NCBI GenBank assembly: GCA_049599475.1
Contig: JBMYOQ010000061.1
Location: 1-25,612 of the forward strand
Source of the DNA: Opitutales bacterium
GTDB taxonomy: Bacteria > Verrucomicrobiota > Verrucomicrobiia > Opitutales > JABSRG01
Direction: 5' to 3'
DNA length: 25,612 nucleotides
Translations under genes and position numbers: made by a program
Shown here: in pieces, positions 1 through 9,475 of the stretch
Layout of the letters: each line of letters opens with the position of its first letter
Position numbering within the stretch: the first letter of the stretch is position 1
Notes under the pieces: generated by a model
The model's input: only the letters and a program-made list of their open reading frames with translations
What the model was told of the DNA's origin: nothing
Databases searched by the model: none

Positions 1-204
1 ACTGGGGTCATGCTGGCACTTTTGCCTCATGGCCCCAATCTTTGAGGAAGAACGAGAACTAGCCAGTGCCAGCAAGCCAATACACCTCGGCAAAATAAGG
101 AGTTTCCTTTGAAGACAATTTGCCCGTTCTCCACGAATCGATGAGACCCTTGCCCCGTGGATTATCCGCGAAAAGACTTTTGGAAACGCTTGAGACCGCG
201 CGGC

Positions 205-837
205 TTACTTCAATGCTTCAAACAGAGCAGTGATTTTCGCTAAGTCTTTGATTCCAGGTTCGGCCTCCACCCCGCTGCTCAAGTCCAATACATCGGCTTC
301 GGTATTATCAGCAGCCATGCGGATATTGTCTGGATTGAGACCTCCAGCGAGAACCCACATTTTGTGGCTATATAATGTGGCCCAATAATTAAAGCGGTCC
401 CAGTCACCGACTTCTCCAGTGCCTCCATGGGCTTTTTTGGAGTAGGTATCGATCATGATTGTGTCGGCAAACTCCAGAACTACCTGTGGAAACTCCTTTT
501 CTGGCGGAATCTTAGGAACGAGCCAGAGCCGCTCTTTGCCGACCATCCCAGACCATGCTGCCAGCGAGGGGAAGCCCACCGAGTAATCGACATGTATCTG
601 GAAGTTTCCAAACCCAAGATCCTGGTAGCGCATCAGGTCGTCGGTGCCCGTATTTACGTCGACAGCGACTCCCTTGCCCTCGGGTATGACCTTTAGCAAG
701 GCTTCAGCTCGCTCCGGAGAAATACCCCTCGGCGATTTGGGGTATAGGATCATGCCGATATAGTCCGCGCCACATTCTAGAGCGTGTTCGATATCGGCTT
801 CGCGAGTCATCCCGCAAATTTTTACCTGCTTACTCAT
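205..837 (-). CDS. trpF: Phosphoribosylanthranilate isomerase
   Basis: Motifs VKICG, GADYIG, SPRGI, GGTG..GDW, LAGGLNPDN, DLSSGVE and PGIKD. The ATG at 837 (MSKQVKICG) overlaps the upstream stop (ATGAGTAA) and is preferred over the ORF-track start at 864; ATG 843 is also possible. Confidence 0.95.
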   Translation of the reverse strand: MSKQVKICGMTREADIEHALECGADYIGMILYPKSPRGISPERAEALLKVIPEGKGVAVDVNTGTDDLMRYQDLGFGNFQIHVDYSVGFPSLAAWSGMVGKERLWLVPKIPPEKEFPQVVLEFADTIMIDTYSKKAHGGTGEVGDWDRFNYWATLYSHKMWVLAGGLNPDNIRMAADNTEADVLDLSSGVEAEPGIKDLAKITALFEALK

Positions 838-2368
838 GGTCATCCGTATCCTCGATGATCGCATCGATCAGAGAATCTAGATTCGCGCGCTCAGCTTGAA
901 TATCTACCGGTAAATTATTATTCGAAAGCGCTTTCGAGGTGACACTTCCGATGCTCACAAAGCGCGGAGCTTTCACGCCTTCGCTCACTTGGAGCTGATC
1001 GGACAATTGGCTCCAAGCCTGCGCAGTACTCGAACTGCTAAATACAACATAATCGGCTCCCTTTTCTCGGAAACTTTGTGCAGCCGCAGAGTCCGCAACT
1101 TTCGCCAAGTTAGTCGTGTATACCTGGAGTTTATCAACGATCGCTCGGCCATTTTGCTCAAGCTCCGTAACCAGTGTATCACGATTTCGATTACCGGTCA
1201 CCACGAGCACATTCGCGCTGTCGAGACTGTCGGTAGCTATCAATGCCTCTGCCAAAGATTCGGCGACCGCCTTGGGAGCGATCAAATCCACAGCGATGTG
1301 ATATGGCTCCAACTCCTTCGCGGTGGCTTCGCCGATACAAGCCACCCGCATGCCTCCAAAGGAGCGAATATCCTTAAACGCCCTTAAAAACAGTTCGAAG
1401 AAATAACGGACTCCATTAGGACTGGTGAACACAATCCACTCGTAGGTCGCGATCTCCGCAAATACCTCGGTAAGGTCTTGTTTCAGAATAGCTGGCTCCG
1501 TCTGAATCATCGGAATCTCGAGCACCTCAGCTCCGAGGGATTCTAGCTTTAAGCGCAGTTCGCTTGCCTGGTCTCGAGCACGCGTAATGACAATACGCTG
1601 CCCACTCAAGGCACCCGTTTTAAACCAATTGTAGGTGTCATGGCATTTCACGACATCCCCAATAATAATCATAGCGGGGCTCTTAATTGCAGCATCCTCG
1701 ACCTTCGCGACGATGTCCCCCAAATTTCCGATAACTTTTCGCTGGCGACTGTAGGTTGCCCATTCGACCACCGCCACCGGAGTTTCTGGGCAGCAATCGC
1801 CCTCCAGAAGCTGTTCGACAATTCGAGGGAGCGTAGAGACGCCCATGTAAACAGCCAGGGAGCCTCCCTGCCTAGAGATGGCAGCAAAATCAACCCGCAA
1901 GCCTTCCTTATTTGGGGCCTCATGCCCAGTCACCAACGTAACACTTGAACTGATACCACGGTGCGTCAGAGGAATCCCGGTGTAGGCAGCAGCTCCCAGC
2001 GAAGCGGTAACGCCAGGAACGATTTCAAAGGGAATACCTGCTTCGTTGAGCGCTTCAATTTCCTCGCCTCCACGGCCAAAGATAAAAGGGTCCCCACCCT
2101 TCAGGCGGACAACACGCTTACCTTGCTTAGCACGATCTACGAGCAGCTCTTCTATTTGAGCTTGCTCTGCAGATTTTTTAAGCCCCGGGCTTTTCCCTAC
2201 ATCGATCTGTTCACAGTCATCTGAGGCCCAACCATGGATCACCGGATTGACCAAATAGTCGAAGACCAACACATCACAGCTCTCGATGAGCTCGCGCGCT
2301 CTGAGAGTCAACAATCCTGGATCGCCTGGACCGGCACCCACTAAAAATACTCTTCCCGACAAAGACAT
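830..2368 (-). CDS. cobA/hemD: Bifunctional uroporphyrinogen-III C-methyltransferase / uroporphyrinogen-III synthase (CobA-HemD fusion)
   Basis: N-terminal SUMT motifs [33 protein letters not shown] and GIPLTHRG. C-terminal HemD domain with ITRA, FTSPNGV, IGEAT, FSSSST and SIGSVT. Lies directly downstream of hemC. Confidence 0.95.
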   Translation of the reverse strand: MSLSGRVFLVGAGPGDPGLLTLRARELIESCDVLVFDYLVNPVIHGWASDDCEQIDVGKSPGLKKSAEQAQIEELLVDRAKQGKRVVRLKGGDPFIFGRGGEEIEALNEAGIPFEIVPGVTASLGAAAYTGIPLTHRGISSSVTLVTGHEAPNKEGLRVDFAAISRQGGSLAVYMGVSTLPRIVEQLLEGDCCPETPVAVVEWATYSRQRKVIGNLGDIVAKVEDAAIKSPAMIIIGDVVKCHDTYNWFKTGALSGQRIVITRARDQASELRLKLESLGAEVLEIPMIQTEPAILKQDLTEVFAEIATYEWIVFTSPNGVRYFFELFLRAFKDIRSFGGMRVACIGEATAKELEPYHIAVDLIAPKAVAESLAEALIATDSLDSANVLVVTGNRNRDTLVTELEQNGRAIVDKLQVYTTNLAKVADSAAAQSFREKGADYVVFSSSSTAQAWSQLSDQLQVSEGVKAPRFVSIGSVTSKALSNNNLPVDIQAERANLDSLIDAIIEDTDDHE

Positions 2369-2369
2369 T

Positions 2370-3248
2370 TTATTTCCCTACTAAGTCCTTGAGTGTTGCC
2401 TCCACGAAGTCGGCGATATCTCCAGCGCCCAACACTGGGAGTTCCAAATCAGTCCGTCCGTATTCGTGGTGGTAGATATGCAGGCTCGTCTCCGTCGCGT
2501 GCACGCCGACCGCGGTGTGGCATCCCCCACCCAATCCAGCAAGGACTGCCCGCTCAAGGTTCACAGCTTGCCCCGTTTTCTCACATAGAAACGGACTGAA
2601 TAATTCCAAATTTTCCTCACGGCACTGTAGCGCGATTGCCGCTTGTCCCGCGGCCGGCACCATCTGCTCAAGAGTCATCGGGCGGAATTCCAGCCCCGAA
2701 AAGCTTTCAATACCCAAGCGTGCCAATCCCGCTGCAGCTAAGAAAGTCGCCTCAGCATCCGTCTCCCCCTGGGCAATCTTGCGCAGGCGAGTTTCCACAG
2801 ATCCTCGAATTTCAGTAAATTCCACACCTTCGAAAATTAGCTGTGCCTGATGGCGGCGACGCGGAGAGCCCGTCGCAATCTTTGAAGGCTGATCGACACC
2901 CTCGCGCACAACCAGGACGTCTACAGGATTCGCGCGCGGCAGAAATCCAGGCAATACCAGCCCCTCAGGGTTATCGGTGGGGAGGTCCTTGGCACTATGG
3001 ATGGCGAGATCCGCTCGTTTCTCGAGCATTGCGAGTTCTAACTCTTTGGTAAACAGCCCTTTACCACCCTTCACCTCAAGAGACCACGCCAAGCGCTGAT
3101 CCCCCGAAGTACTCATCGGAAGTTGCTCAAACTGCGCATCTGGTAAGGCGTCAGACAAAAAGCCGATAGCCATTTCAGTCTGTTTGAGCGCCAGGGGGCT
3201 CTTGCGCGTAGCTACGCGTATATGTGAAAGATTGGAACTCTGCTGCAT
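2370..3248 (-). CDS. hemC: Hydroxymethylbilane synthase (porphobilinogen deaminase)
   Basis: Motifs ATRKSPLAL.Q, GGKGLFTKELE, HSAKDLP, IRG.V.TRL, LAAAGL.RLG, PAAGQ and the cofactor-binding Cys in GGGC. Confidence 0.95.
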   Translation of the reverse strand: MQQSSNLSHIRVATRKSPLALKQTEMAIGFLSDALPDAQFEQLPMSTSGDQRLAWSLEVKGGKGLFTKELELAMLEKRADLAIHSAKDLPTDNPEGLVLPGFLPRANPVDVLVVREGVDQPSKIATGSPRRRHQAQLIFEGVEFTEIRGSVETRLRKIAQGETDAEATFLAAAGLARLGIESFSGLEFRPMTLEQMVPAAGQAAIALQCREENLELFSPFLCEKTGQAVNLERAVLAGLGGGCHTAVGVHATETSLHIYHHEYGRTDLELPVLGAGDIADFVEATLKDLVGK

Positions 3249-3327
3249 CGCTCGATGGGAAAATGAAAGCGGTAGATACTCTCAGCGAAAGCCAGAGATG
3301 CAAGCTCTGCTTTTCTCGGGACAGTCC

Positions 3328-4452
3328 CTAGGACAATTGACCACGTATCAGGGTATCGCTTCCAAACGTTTCTGTGCAGATATTGGAAAGCATTGCGACA
3401 CCCTGCATCGTCTCTGGAGATTTGCCCGAAAAAGCAGACACCGCCTCGGAGTCTCCGATAATTTTAGGAGCTACATATTGGAAAAGATAGTCTAAGGCCT
3501 CTTGCTGCATAAGACTGCGCATCACGCCTGCACCGGGCTCAATATATACGCCGCACAGCCCCTCGCCCGCGCACCAACCTGCAAAGCGCTTCCAATCGAG
3601 ATAAGGCTGGCCCTGCAAAAGAGGTCCCTGGACGAGCCGACCCCCTTTTGCTTTGAACTTGGGCAGATAATCCGGGGAATCGATAAACTCCGACGCAGTC
3701 ACCACGCGGGTATTCTCCCAAAATGGATCGGTAAAGACACGCCTCTCATCACAGGCTGCCAAATCCCCTTTGGTGTCGACAATCAAGCGCTCCGGGCACC
3801 ACGGATCTTTCCCATCGATGCGGCTTGTAAGCGATGGATCATCGGCCAAGACCGTGCCCGCTCCAACAAGAATCGATGGAAAATATCGCCGCCAATGCGC
3901 CACATCTGCCCGGGCCTCAGGTCCAGTAATCCATCGACTGTGTCCACTACGAGTCGCGATTTTACCATCAAGCGTCGTCGCCACTTTTGCGGCCAAGAAA
4001 GCCGAGTTTGGATTTTGAATGTGGTGGTTAAAAATCAGATTTAGGTCTTCACAGGCCTTGGCCTCGATCCCGGATATTACTTCGACGCCCCGGTCACTCA
4101 ATAGATCCAAACCGCACCCCCGGTGGTCTGGGTTGGGGTCTGTCGCACCGACAATGAGGGTCTCTATCCCGTTTTCCAGGATAGCATCCACACAGGGTGG
4201 CGTACGGCCATGCGTAGAGCACGGTTCCAGGGTGACCACCATAATCGCCCCTGGCTTTGGTCTACGGCCTAGTGCGCGAAAGGCATCCCGTTCTGCGTGT
4301 AATTCGCCTGCTTTTACGTGGTAGCCTTCAGCGACAATTTCATTCTCCTCAATAATGAGGGCGCCAACGACAGGATTCGGATGCGTGTCTCCCCACCCCC
4401 GTCGGGCCACATCGATTGCTCGACGCATCCAGGCCCGATACTGCGCTTCCAT
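3328..4452 (-). CDS. ribD: Bifunctional riboflavin biosynthesis deaminase/reductase
   Basis: Deaminase motifs PNPVVGA, HAE and TLEPCSTHGRTPPC. Reductase motifs K.ATTLDGKIA, S.WITG, DDPSLTSR and APKIIG. Start placed at ATG 4452 (MEAQYR), which overlaps the upstream TGA (TGATG). Confidence 0.95.
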   Translation of the reverse strand: MEAQYRAWMRRAIDVARRGWGDTHPNPVVGALIIEENEIVAEGYHVKAGELHAERDAFRALGRRPKPGAIMVVTLEPCSTHGRTPPCVDAILENGIETLIVGATDPNPDHRGCGLDLLSDRGVEVISGIEAKACEDLNLIFNHHIQNPNSAFLAAKVATTLDGKIATRSGHSRWITGPEARADVAHWRRYFPSILVGAGTVLADDPSLTSRIDGKDPWCPERLIVDTKGDLAACDERRVFTDPFWENTRVVTASEFIDSPDYLPKFKAKGGRLVQGPLLQGQPYLDWKRFAGWCAGEGLCGVYIEPGAGVMRSLMQQEALDYLFQYVAPKIIGDSEAVSAFSGKSPETMQGVAMLSNICTETFGSDTLIRGQLS

Positions 4453-5084
4453 CAGACGCGGACGAACGGGTTCGTAGCCTTCTCGACGTGCACGCTCGTC
4501 TCGGGACCATGCCCAGGATACAGGACAGTTGCCTCGGGAAGCGTATACACCTGAGTGCGGATAGAGCGCTCGAGGACAGAGAAATCTCCGCCAGGCAGAT
4601 CCGTGCGTCCTACGCTTCCTGCAAAAATAGCATCGCCCACGATAGCGGTCTGGGAATCCGGGTGATAGAAAAGTATGCTTCCTGGGCAATGGCCCGGAAC
4701 GTGGCGCACCTCCCAATTTTGCCCAAGCAGCTCAATGGTATCTCCCGGCATTACCCATTTATCCACTTCAACCGGGTTGAACGAAAGGCCCGGGAGGGAA
4801 AAAGAAGCCATAGCCTCAGGGTTCTCCAAGAGATACTGATCATCCTGATGTGCCAAGACCGGGATCCCGGCAGTCTTGAATAGATAGGCATCCAACATGT
4901 GATCCCAATGCCCATGCGTCAAAAGGAGGGCCTCGATCTCGAGATCCTTCTCTTGCACAAATCGGCTGATCGTATCAAACGCTCCCCCCGGAGCATCGAA
5001 TACAAGCGCCTTTCCAAGGCCCAGGTCGTAAGCAACAATTGCGTTGGTCCCAATGGGCCCTAATTCAAAGACTTTAAATTCCAC
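4452..5084 (-). CDS. MBL-fold metallo-hydrolase (glyoxalase II / YcbL-like)
   Basis: THGHWDH (HxHxDH), PGHCPG, GDAIF, GRTDLPGG, YPGHG and C-terminal E...NPF. GTG start. Confidence 0.92.
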   Translation of the reverse strand: MEFKVFELGPIGTNAIVAYDLGLGKALVFDAPGGAFDTISRFVQEKDLEIEALLLTHGHWDHMLDAYLFKTAGIPVLAHQDDQYLLENPEAMASFSLPGLSFNPVEVDKWVMPGDTIELLGQNWEVRHVPGHCPGSILFYHPDSQTAIVGDAIFAGSVGRTDLPGGDFSVLERSIRTQVYTLPEATVLYPGHGPETSVHVEKATNPFVRV

Positions 5085-5187
5085 GGCCGGAAAAAAGTCA
5101 TGGATTCGCCTACATGCAACCCATTTTGCCCTTTTCAGTCCCTTTCTTAGTGGGTTTACTCCCCGGCTTTAATCAAAGACCCAACCT

Positions 5188-6291
5188 ATGAAGACATTGA
5201 AATTTGCCGTACTCCCTGGTGACGGAATCGGACCTGAAGTAATGAAAGTAGCCCTCGAGGTGCTTGAAAAAGTAGCTGCTCAGGACGGATTTGCTATCGA
5301 GTACAAAGAAGCAGATATCGGCGGTATCGCTATCGACAATCACGGAACGGCGTTCCCCGACTCGACTCTAGAGCTCTGCCAAGAGTCCGACGCGATTCTT
5401 TTCGGCTCGGTCGGTGGCCCAAAATGGGAAAAACTACCGCCTAAGGAACAACCCGAGCGCGCCGCACTTCTGCCCATTCGCAAGGCCTTCCAGCTTTTCG
5501 CGAATATCCGCCCAGGTCTTCTTTTCCCAGAACTTGTCGACGCATCTCCACTGAAAACGGAGCGCATTCCAAACGGCATCGACATCGTATGCATCCGCGA
5601 ACTCACCGGCGGTATCTATTTCGGACAGCCCAAGACCACTGAGACACTCGAAGATGGAGATATCCAGGCCATCGATACCATGGTTTACAAGAAGAGCGAG
5701 ATCGAGCGCATTGCACGCGTGGCGATTACCGCTGCCCAAGGCCGTGAAAAGCGCGTCTGCTCCGTGGATAAAGCTAATGTCTTGGAGACATCTATTCTCT
5801 GGCGCAAAACAGTCACTGAACTCTTCGCAAAGGAAGCCCCAGAGATCGAATTGAGCCACATGTATGTGGACAATGCAGCGATGCAAATGGCGCGCGATCC
5901 CAACCAGTTCGACGTCGTTTTCACCGAAAACATGTTTGGTGACATTCTCTCAGACGAAATGGCGGTAATCTGCGGTTCGCTCGGGATGATGGCTTCTGCG
6001 AGCCTCGGCACTGGTAAAAACCGCTACGATCAGCCATTCGGCCTCTACGAACCCGCTGGTGGCACCGCTCCAGACATTGCTGGTAAAAACCTGGCAAACC
6101 CATGTGCCCAGATCCTTTCTGCAGCCCTCATGCTTCGCTACAGCTTCGGCTTGGAAGAGAGCGCTCAAAAGATCGAGCAAGCCGTTGAGAGCGTCGTAAA
6201 AGGCGGAACGCGCACAGGCGACATCGCGTTTGGAGGTAAATCTGTAGGCACCACCGACATGCGAGACGCCATCTTGGCAGCCTTGGATTAA
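5188..6291 (+). CDS. leuB: 3-isopropylmalate dehydrogenase
   Basis: Motifs LPGDGIGPEV, GSVGGPKW, FANIRP, RELTGGIYFG, SVDKANVL, YVDN and NMFGDILSDE. The G.APDIAGK motif is preceded by EPAGG rather than the common EP.HG. Confidence 0.97.
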   Translation: MKTLKFAVLPGDGIGPEVMKVALEVLEKVAAQDGFAIEYKEADIGGIAIDNHGTAFPDSTLELCQESDAILFGSVGGPKWEKLPPKEQPERAALLPIRKAFQLFANIRPGLLFPELVDASPLKTERIPNGIDIVCIRELTGGIYFGQPKTTETLEDGDIQAIDTMVYKKSEIERIARVAITAAQGREKRVCSVDKANVLETSILWRKTVTELFAKEAPEIELSHMYVDNAAMQMARDPNQFDVVFTENMFGDILSDEMAVICGSLGMMASASLGTGKNRYDQPFGLYEPAGGTAPDIAGKNLANPCAQILSAALMLRYSFGLEESAQKIEQAVESVVKGGTRTGDIAFGGKSVGTTDMRDAILAALD

Positions 6292-6322
6292 TTCAGAGCT
6301 TTAGTTTCGGAAACTTGCTAAG

Positions 6323-6350
6323 AAAGGCCTCCTGTTATGGGGGCCTTTTT
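6323..6350 (+). terminator. Intrinsic terminator after leuB, probably bidirectional
   Basis: Stem AAAGGCCTCC / GGGGGCCTTT with loop TGTTAT and a T-run. Located about 30 nt after the leuB stop, between convergent genes. Confidence 0.8.
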
Positions 6351-6391
6351 GCTTTATCCAGATTACACGAAGAAGCCCACGTGCAACAATC

Positions 6392-6414
6392 AGGGCGAAC
6401 CGTCTCGGTGAGCC
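6392..6414. repeat. REP-like imperfect palindrome (single unit)
   Basis: GGC-GA-ACCG-TCT-CGGT-GA-GCC hairpin. Shares CTCGGTGA with the palindrome at 25567-25574. Confidence 0.35.
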
Positions 6415-6415
6415 A

Positions 6416-7300
6416 CTACGATCCGGTCGGATAAAACAGGATAGCTATTGCGCCACAGATCATCAGGGCACCGGTGAGACGCATCCCGAAAACGCTCTTA
6501 TTAAAAGCCATCTTGTCCTTGCTAATCAATAATGCTGCGAGCGCTGCCAGGATTACGCTGAAAAGACCACGCGTGCTGAAAATAATATTCATCTCTGCCA
6601 CTTGCTGATAGCGCCCGAAAGTGTAATTCAGAAGGAGCGCCTGACATGCCAACATCAACGCAGCACCTCCCATCCACGGCCATGCCCTGCGCGGTATCGC
6701 AGAAAACGGCTCATTGAAGAACGGAATCAAGCCGAGAGACAGCACCGCGTTTACAGACATCAGAACGAATAGGAAACCGGAGACTCCGTAGTCACTCGCG
6801 AACACACCTACGAGCGTATCCGAAACCGCAAAGACCAGCGAGCTCAGTAAGGCCAAGGATATCGACAACACCACGCGCTCCTTACCGGTCCCGGAGAAAC
6901 CCAACAGTCCCACCGCCAGCATCGTAACCATCGAGGATACGATTACCGCTGGGGAGACTTGTTCTGTTCCCGCAATGATAGCAATAATCACCGCAAAAAC
7001 GGCTTTACTCCCCATGAGCGGGGTTTGCAGACTAACATCTCCAAAACGAATCGCCGCAAAAGTAAAAATTTGCGCGATGAAAAAACAACAACCCGCCGCG
7101 ACGGGATAGATTATCCCCGACCAAGAAACTGCCCCACCATCCGACAATAGCATTATAGAAAACACAAAAGCGGTCGCTAGATTTACGATAAACGACAACC
7201 TCATAACTCCCGCCCCAGCGCTTAACGCCTGTTTTGAAAAGGCAGCACCAAACGCATAAAGAATGGCGGACAAGAGCGCATTTATCTGATAAATCTCCAT
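6416..7300 (-). CDS. DMT/EamA-family drug/metabolite transporter
   Basis: About 10 hydrophobic segments in two repeats, with AIRFGDVS..TPLMGSK and N...STRGLFSV motifs. ATG 7300 (MEIYQ) is preferred over the TTG at 7351, which would abut the divergent gene. Confidence 0.85.
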   Translation of the reverse strand: MEIYQINALLSAILYAFGAAFSKQALSAGAGVMRLSFIVNLATAFVFSIMLLSDGGAVSWSGIIYPVAAGCCFFIAQIFTFAAIRFGDVSLQTPLMGSKAVFAVIIAIIAGTEQVSPAVIVSSMVTMLAVGLLGFSGTGKERVVLSISLALLSSLVFAVSDTLVGVFASDYGVSGFLFVLMSVNAVLSLGLIPFFNEPFSAIPRRAWPWMGGAALMLACQALLLNYTFGRYQQVAEMNIIFSTRGLFSVILAALAALLISKDKMAFNKSVFGMRLTGALMICGAIAILFYPTGS

Positions 7301-7351
7301 CTGAGCAAACGGCCCATAAGACCCTCCCTTGTCGTAGAGAACAACACCCAA

Positions 7352-7888
7352 ATGAATTCACAAGACCACCCACTCGATTTTTCAATTGTCCGCGATCTAA
7401 GAAAACGCGCGAAAATGACACTCGATGATGTTTCTAAAAAATCGGGAATTTCAATAGCTGTGCTTTCTAAGCTCGAACGGAATCAAAATATGATCGAGCT
7501 CGACACTCTTTATCGCCTAGCCCGCGTATTTGGATTGTCGGCAACCGATCTCCTGAATCTCACAGAATCCTGCTCAGCACATCTAAAAACCGCGACCGAG
7601 TATGATTCGGGGCCTTTCCGTTTTGACAATGTCAGCTTCAAGGGGACGAACTGCTTCTACGGGAAAGCCAGAGCTGGCCAGAGTCTTACCAAGCCAGAGG
7701 CCCATGGTGACGAGTTCGAAATCTGTTGGGTCCGCAAAGGTTGTGTGCAGATTTCCCTACCCCGCGAGCGCCACACGCTCAAACCAGGCCAGGCATTGAA
7801 ATTCGATGCGGCGCTGGAGCACACTTATGAGATTCTGGAAGACTGCGAGATCACGATCATCCACTTAGAGAAAACCCATCGGTTTTAG
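7352..7888 (+). CDS. XRE-family HTH transcriptional regulator with C-terminal cupin domain
   Basis: N-terminal HTH (RDLRK...MTLDDVSKKSGIS...LSKLERN) and cupin motifs H.DEFEICWV..G and L.PG....FDA..EH.Y. PuuR/SutR-like architecture. Confidence 0.9.
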   Translation: MNSQDHPLDFSIVRDLRKRAKMTLDDVSKKSGISIAVLSKLERNQNMIELDTLYRLARVFGLSATDLLNLTESCSAHLKTATEYDSGPFRFDNVSFKGTNCFYGKARAGQSLTKPEAHGDEFEICWVRKGCVQISLPRERHTLKPGQALKFDAALEHTYEILEDCEITIIHLEKTHRF

Positions 7889-7925
7889 GCCTTCTCTGGA
7901 AGCGCACCATGGGCTCCCCGCGAGC

Positions 7926-9287
7926 TCAGATCAAGCCTTCGCCATATTCCCAACCGGCGCGAACAGGGTCGCGGACATAGGGATTCAGGCTCGCGTCTTT
8001 GAATGTCATCGTCTCTGGGATGAATTCTACTCGTTTCTGGAAGCGGTTCGCTAAGGTTCCGAGACAGACGATCTCTGTCAAAGGAGCGGCATAATCGAAA
8101 TTCGACCCGCACTGCGGAATTTCACCACGGATCACTGCCATGATTTCCTTCACTGGGTTGCCAATCGCACGCGGCGTGGTTTTCTCAGGGAGACTTCTCC
8201 GAATATCCTCCCAGTCGTTCTGCATGCGGGGACTCGTCGGCCGCATACCTCGAGAGACGATGGTATTCTTGTCTCCAATGAGGAGACAGCCGCCTTCGAC
8301 CCAGCGTTTCTTCTTCTCCGGATCATCCCCTACGACATCCATAGGCAGCCGCGGCATACGCCCGCCTTCATACCAATAAACTTTCACTGCGGGTCGGCTA
8401 CCCTCTGCGGGAAATTCATAAACGTAAGTCGCTGATTCGTCCTTTGGCTTTTTTCCGTCGAACTCTTCCCGAAAGTCGAGGGTATCGTCCATATAGACCG
8501 CTGTCGGATACCCCAAGCCCATACAAAATACTGGGATATCCAATGTATGACAACCAATGTCGCCCAGACCCCCCAGACCATAATCCCAGTGCCAGCGCCA
8601 GCCTTTGGGACAATATGTTTCATGATACTCTTTTTCTAATACAGGCCCCTGCCAAAGCTCCCAGTCTAAGGTATACGGAATACTTTGAGCGCGGAAAGTC
8701 CTTCGGGCATTGGCGTTATTCATCGTCGTGCGATTGGTCCACGCATGCACTTCCATAATATTACCGGCCAGACCGGCATCATACCAATCTTTGATAAAGC
8801 GCATGCCTTCAAAATTATGTCCTTGGTTTCCCATGACAGTCTGGACTTTATATTTTTTGGCAGCAGCCTTCAAAGTCCTCGCCTCCCAGATATTGTGCGT
8901 CAGTGGTTTCTGGGTGTGCACAGCGATGCCACGCTCCATAGCAGCATAGGTCGCCGCAAAATGGGTATGATCCGGCGTGCTGATTATTACCAGGTCCAAC
9001 TCCTTGTAGTGGACATCCAGCATTTTACGAAAATCTTTATAACGTTTGGCGTTCGGAAATTCATTAAAACCGATCACACCGCGTTCGTCATCGACCTCCG
9101 CTATCGCTACTACGTTTTCTCTCCTACAATCTGCGAAGGCTGTGCGTGCGATCCCACCTGCACCGATGAGCGCAACATTGAGCTTGTTTATCGCCGCCGG
9201 ACCCGCCTCACCAATTGAAAAACGGGAATACAACAATGAACCGCCAAGGAGGGCGCCAGCTTTCAGGGTATTTCTTCGAGTAATCAC
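7926..9287 (-). CDS. Tat-exported Gfo/Idh/MocA-family oxidoreductase
   Basis: Twin-arginine signal TRRNTLK followed by a hydrophobic stretch. Rossmann GAGGIA, STPDHTH, QKP, MGNQG, LDWELWQGP, and GLGDIGCH (D-x-x-x-H). GTG start. Confidence 0.92.
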   Translation of the reverse strand: MITRRNTLKAGALLGGSLLYSRFSIGEAGPAAINKLNVALIGAGGIARTAFADCRRENVVAIAEVDDERGVIGFNEFPNAKRYKDFRKMLDVHYKELDLVIISTPDHTHFAATYAAMERGIAVHTQKPLTHNIWEARTLKAAAKKYKVQTVMGNQGHNFEGMRFIKDWYDAGLAGNIMEVHAWTNRTTMNNANARRTFRAQSIPYTLDWELWQGPVLEKEYHETYCPKGWRWHWDYGLGGLGDIGCHTLDIPVFCMGLGYPTAVYMDDTLDFREEFDGKKPKDESATYVYEFPAEGSRPAVKVYWYEGGRMPRLPMDVVGDDPEKKKRWVEGGCLLIGDKNTIVSRGMRPTSPRMQNDWEDIRRSLPEKTTPRAIGNPVKEIMAVIRGEIPQCGSNFDYAAPLTEIVCLGTLANRFQKRVEFIPETMTFKDASLNPYVRDPVRAGWEYGEGLI

Positions 9288-9331
9288 AGGCTAAATCGGG
9301 GAAAATTACAGAATTGATGGAGTTTCGAGCA

Positions 9332-9365
9332 TCCCGTAATTGCACAGTTTTAATGCAATTCGGGA
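9332..9365. promoter_or_regulatory. Inverted repeat upstream of the oxidoreductase, candidate operator
   Basis: TCCCG-T-AATTGCA-N9-TGCAATT-CGGGA, 45-78 nt upstream of the 9287 start. Confidence 0.45.
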
Positions 9366-9475
9366 AATACTGTCGGAAGAGTTATACCCTCGACCGGAGT
9401 CGGCCTCAATTTCCAAGTATCCACAAAATACGACAAACTCTATCCAATTCTCGCCTTCCCCCTGTATTTCCACTC

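Noticed and set aside
3249..3327. Riboswitch (cobalamin or FMN) associated with the hem/rib genes
   Set aside because: The gap is too short and has no consensus elements; ribD itself has no leader because it overlaps the upstream gene.
4453..4716. 88-aa N-terminal extension of RibD in the ORF track
   Set aside because: It overlaps the MBL hydrolase gene in another frame. RibD homology begins at the ATG at 4452, which is coupled to the upstream stop.
5085..5187. Leucine attenuator upstream of leuB
   Set aside because: No Leu-rich leader peptide and no terminator hairpin.
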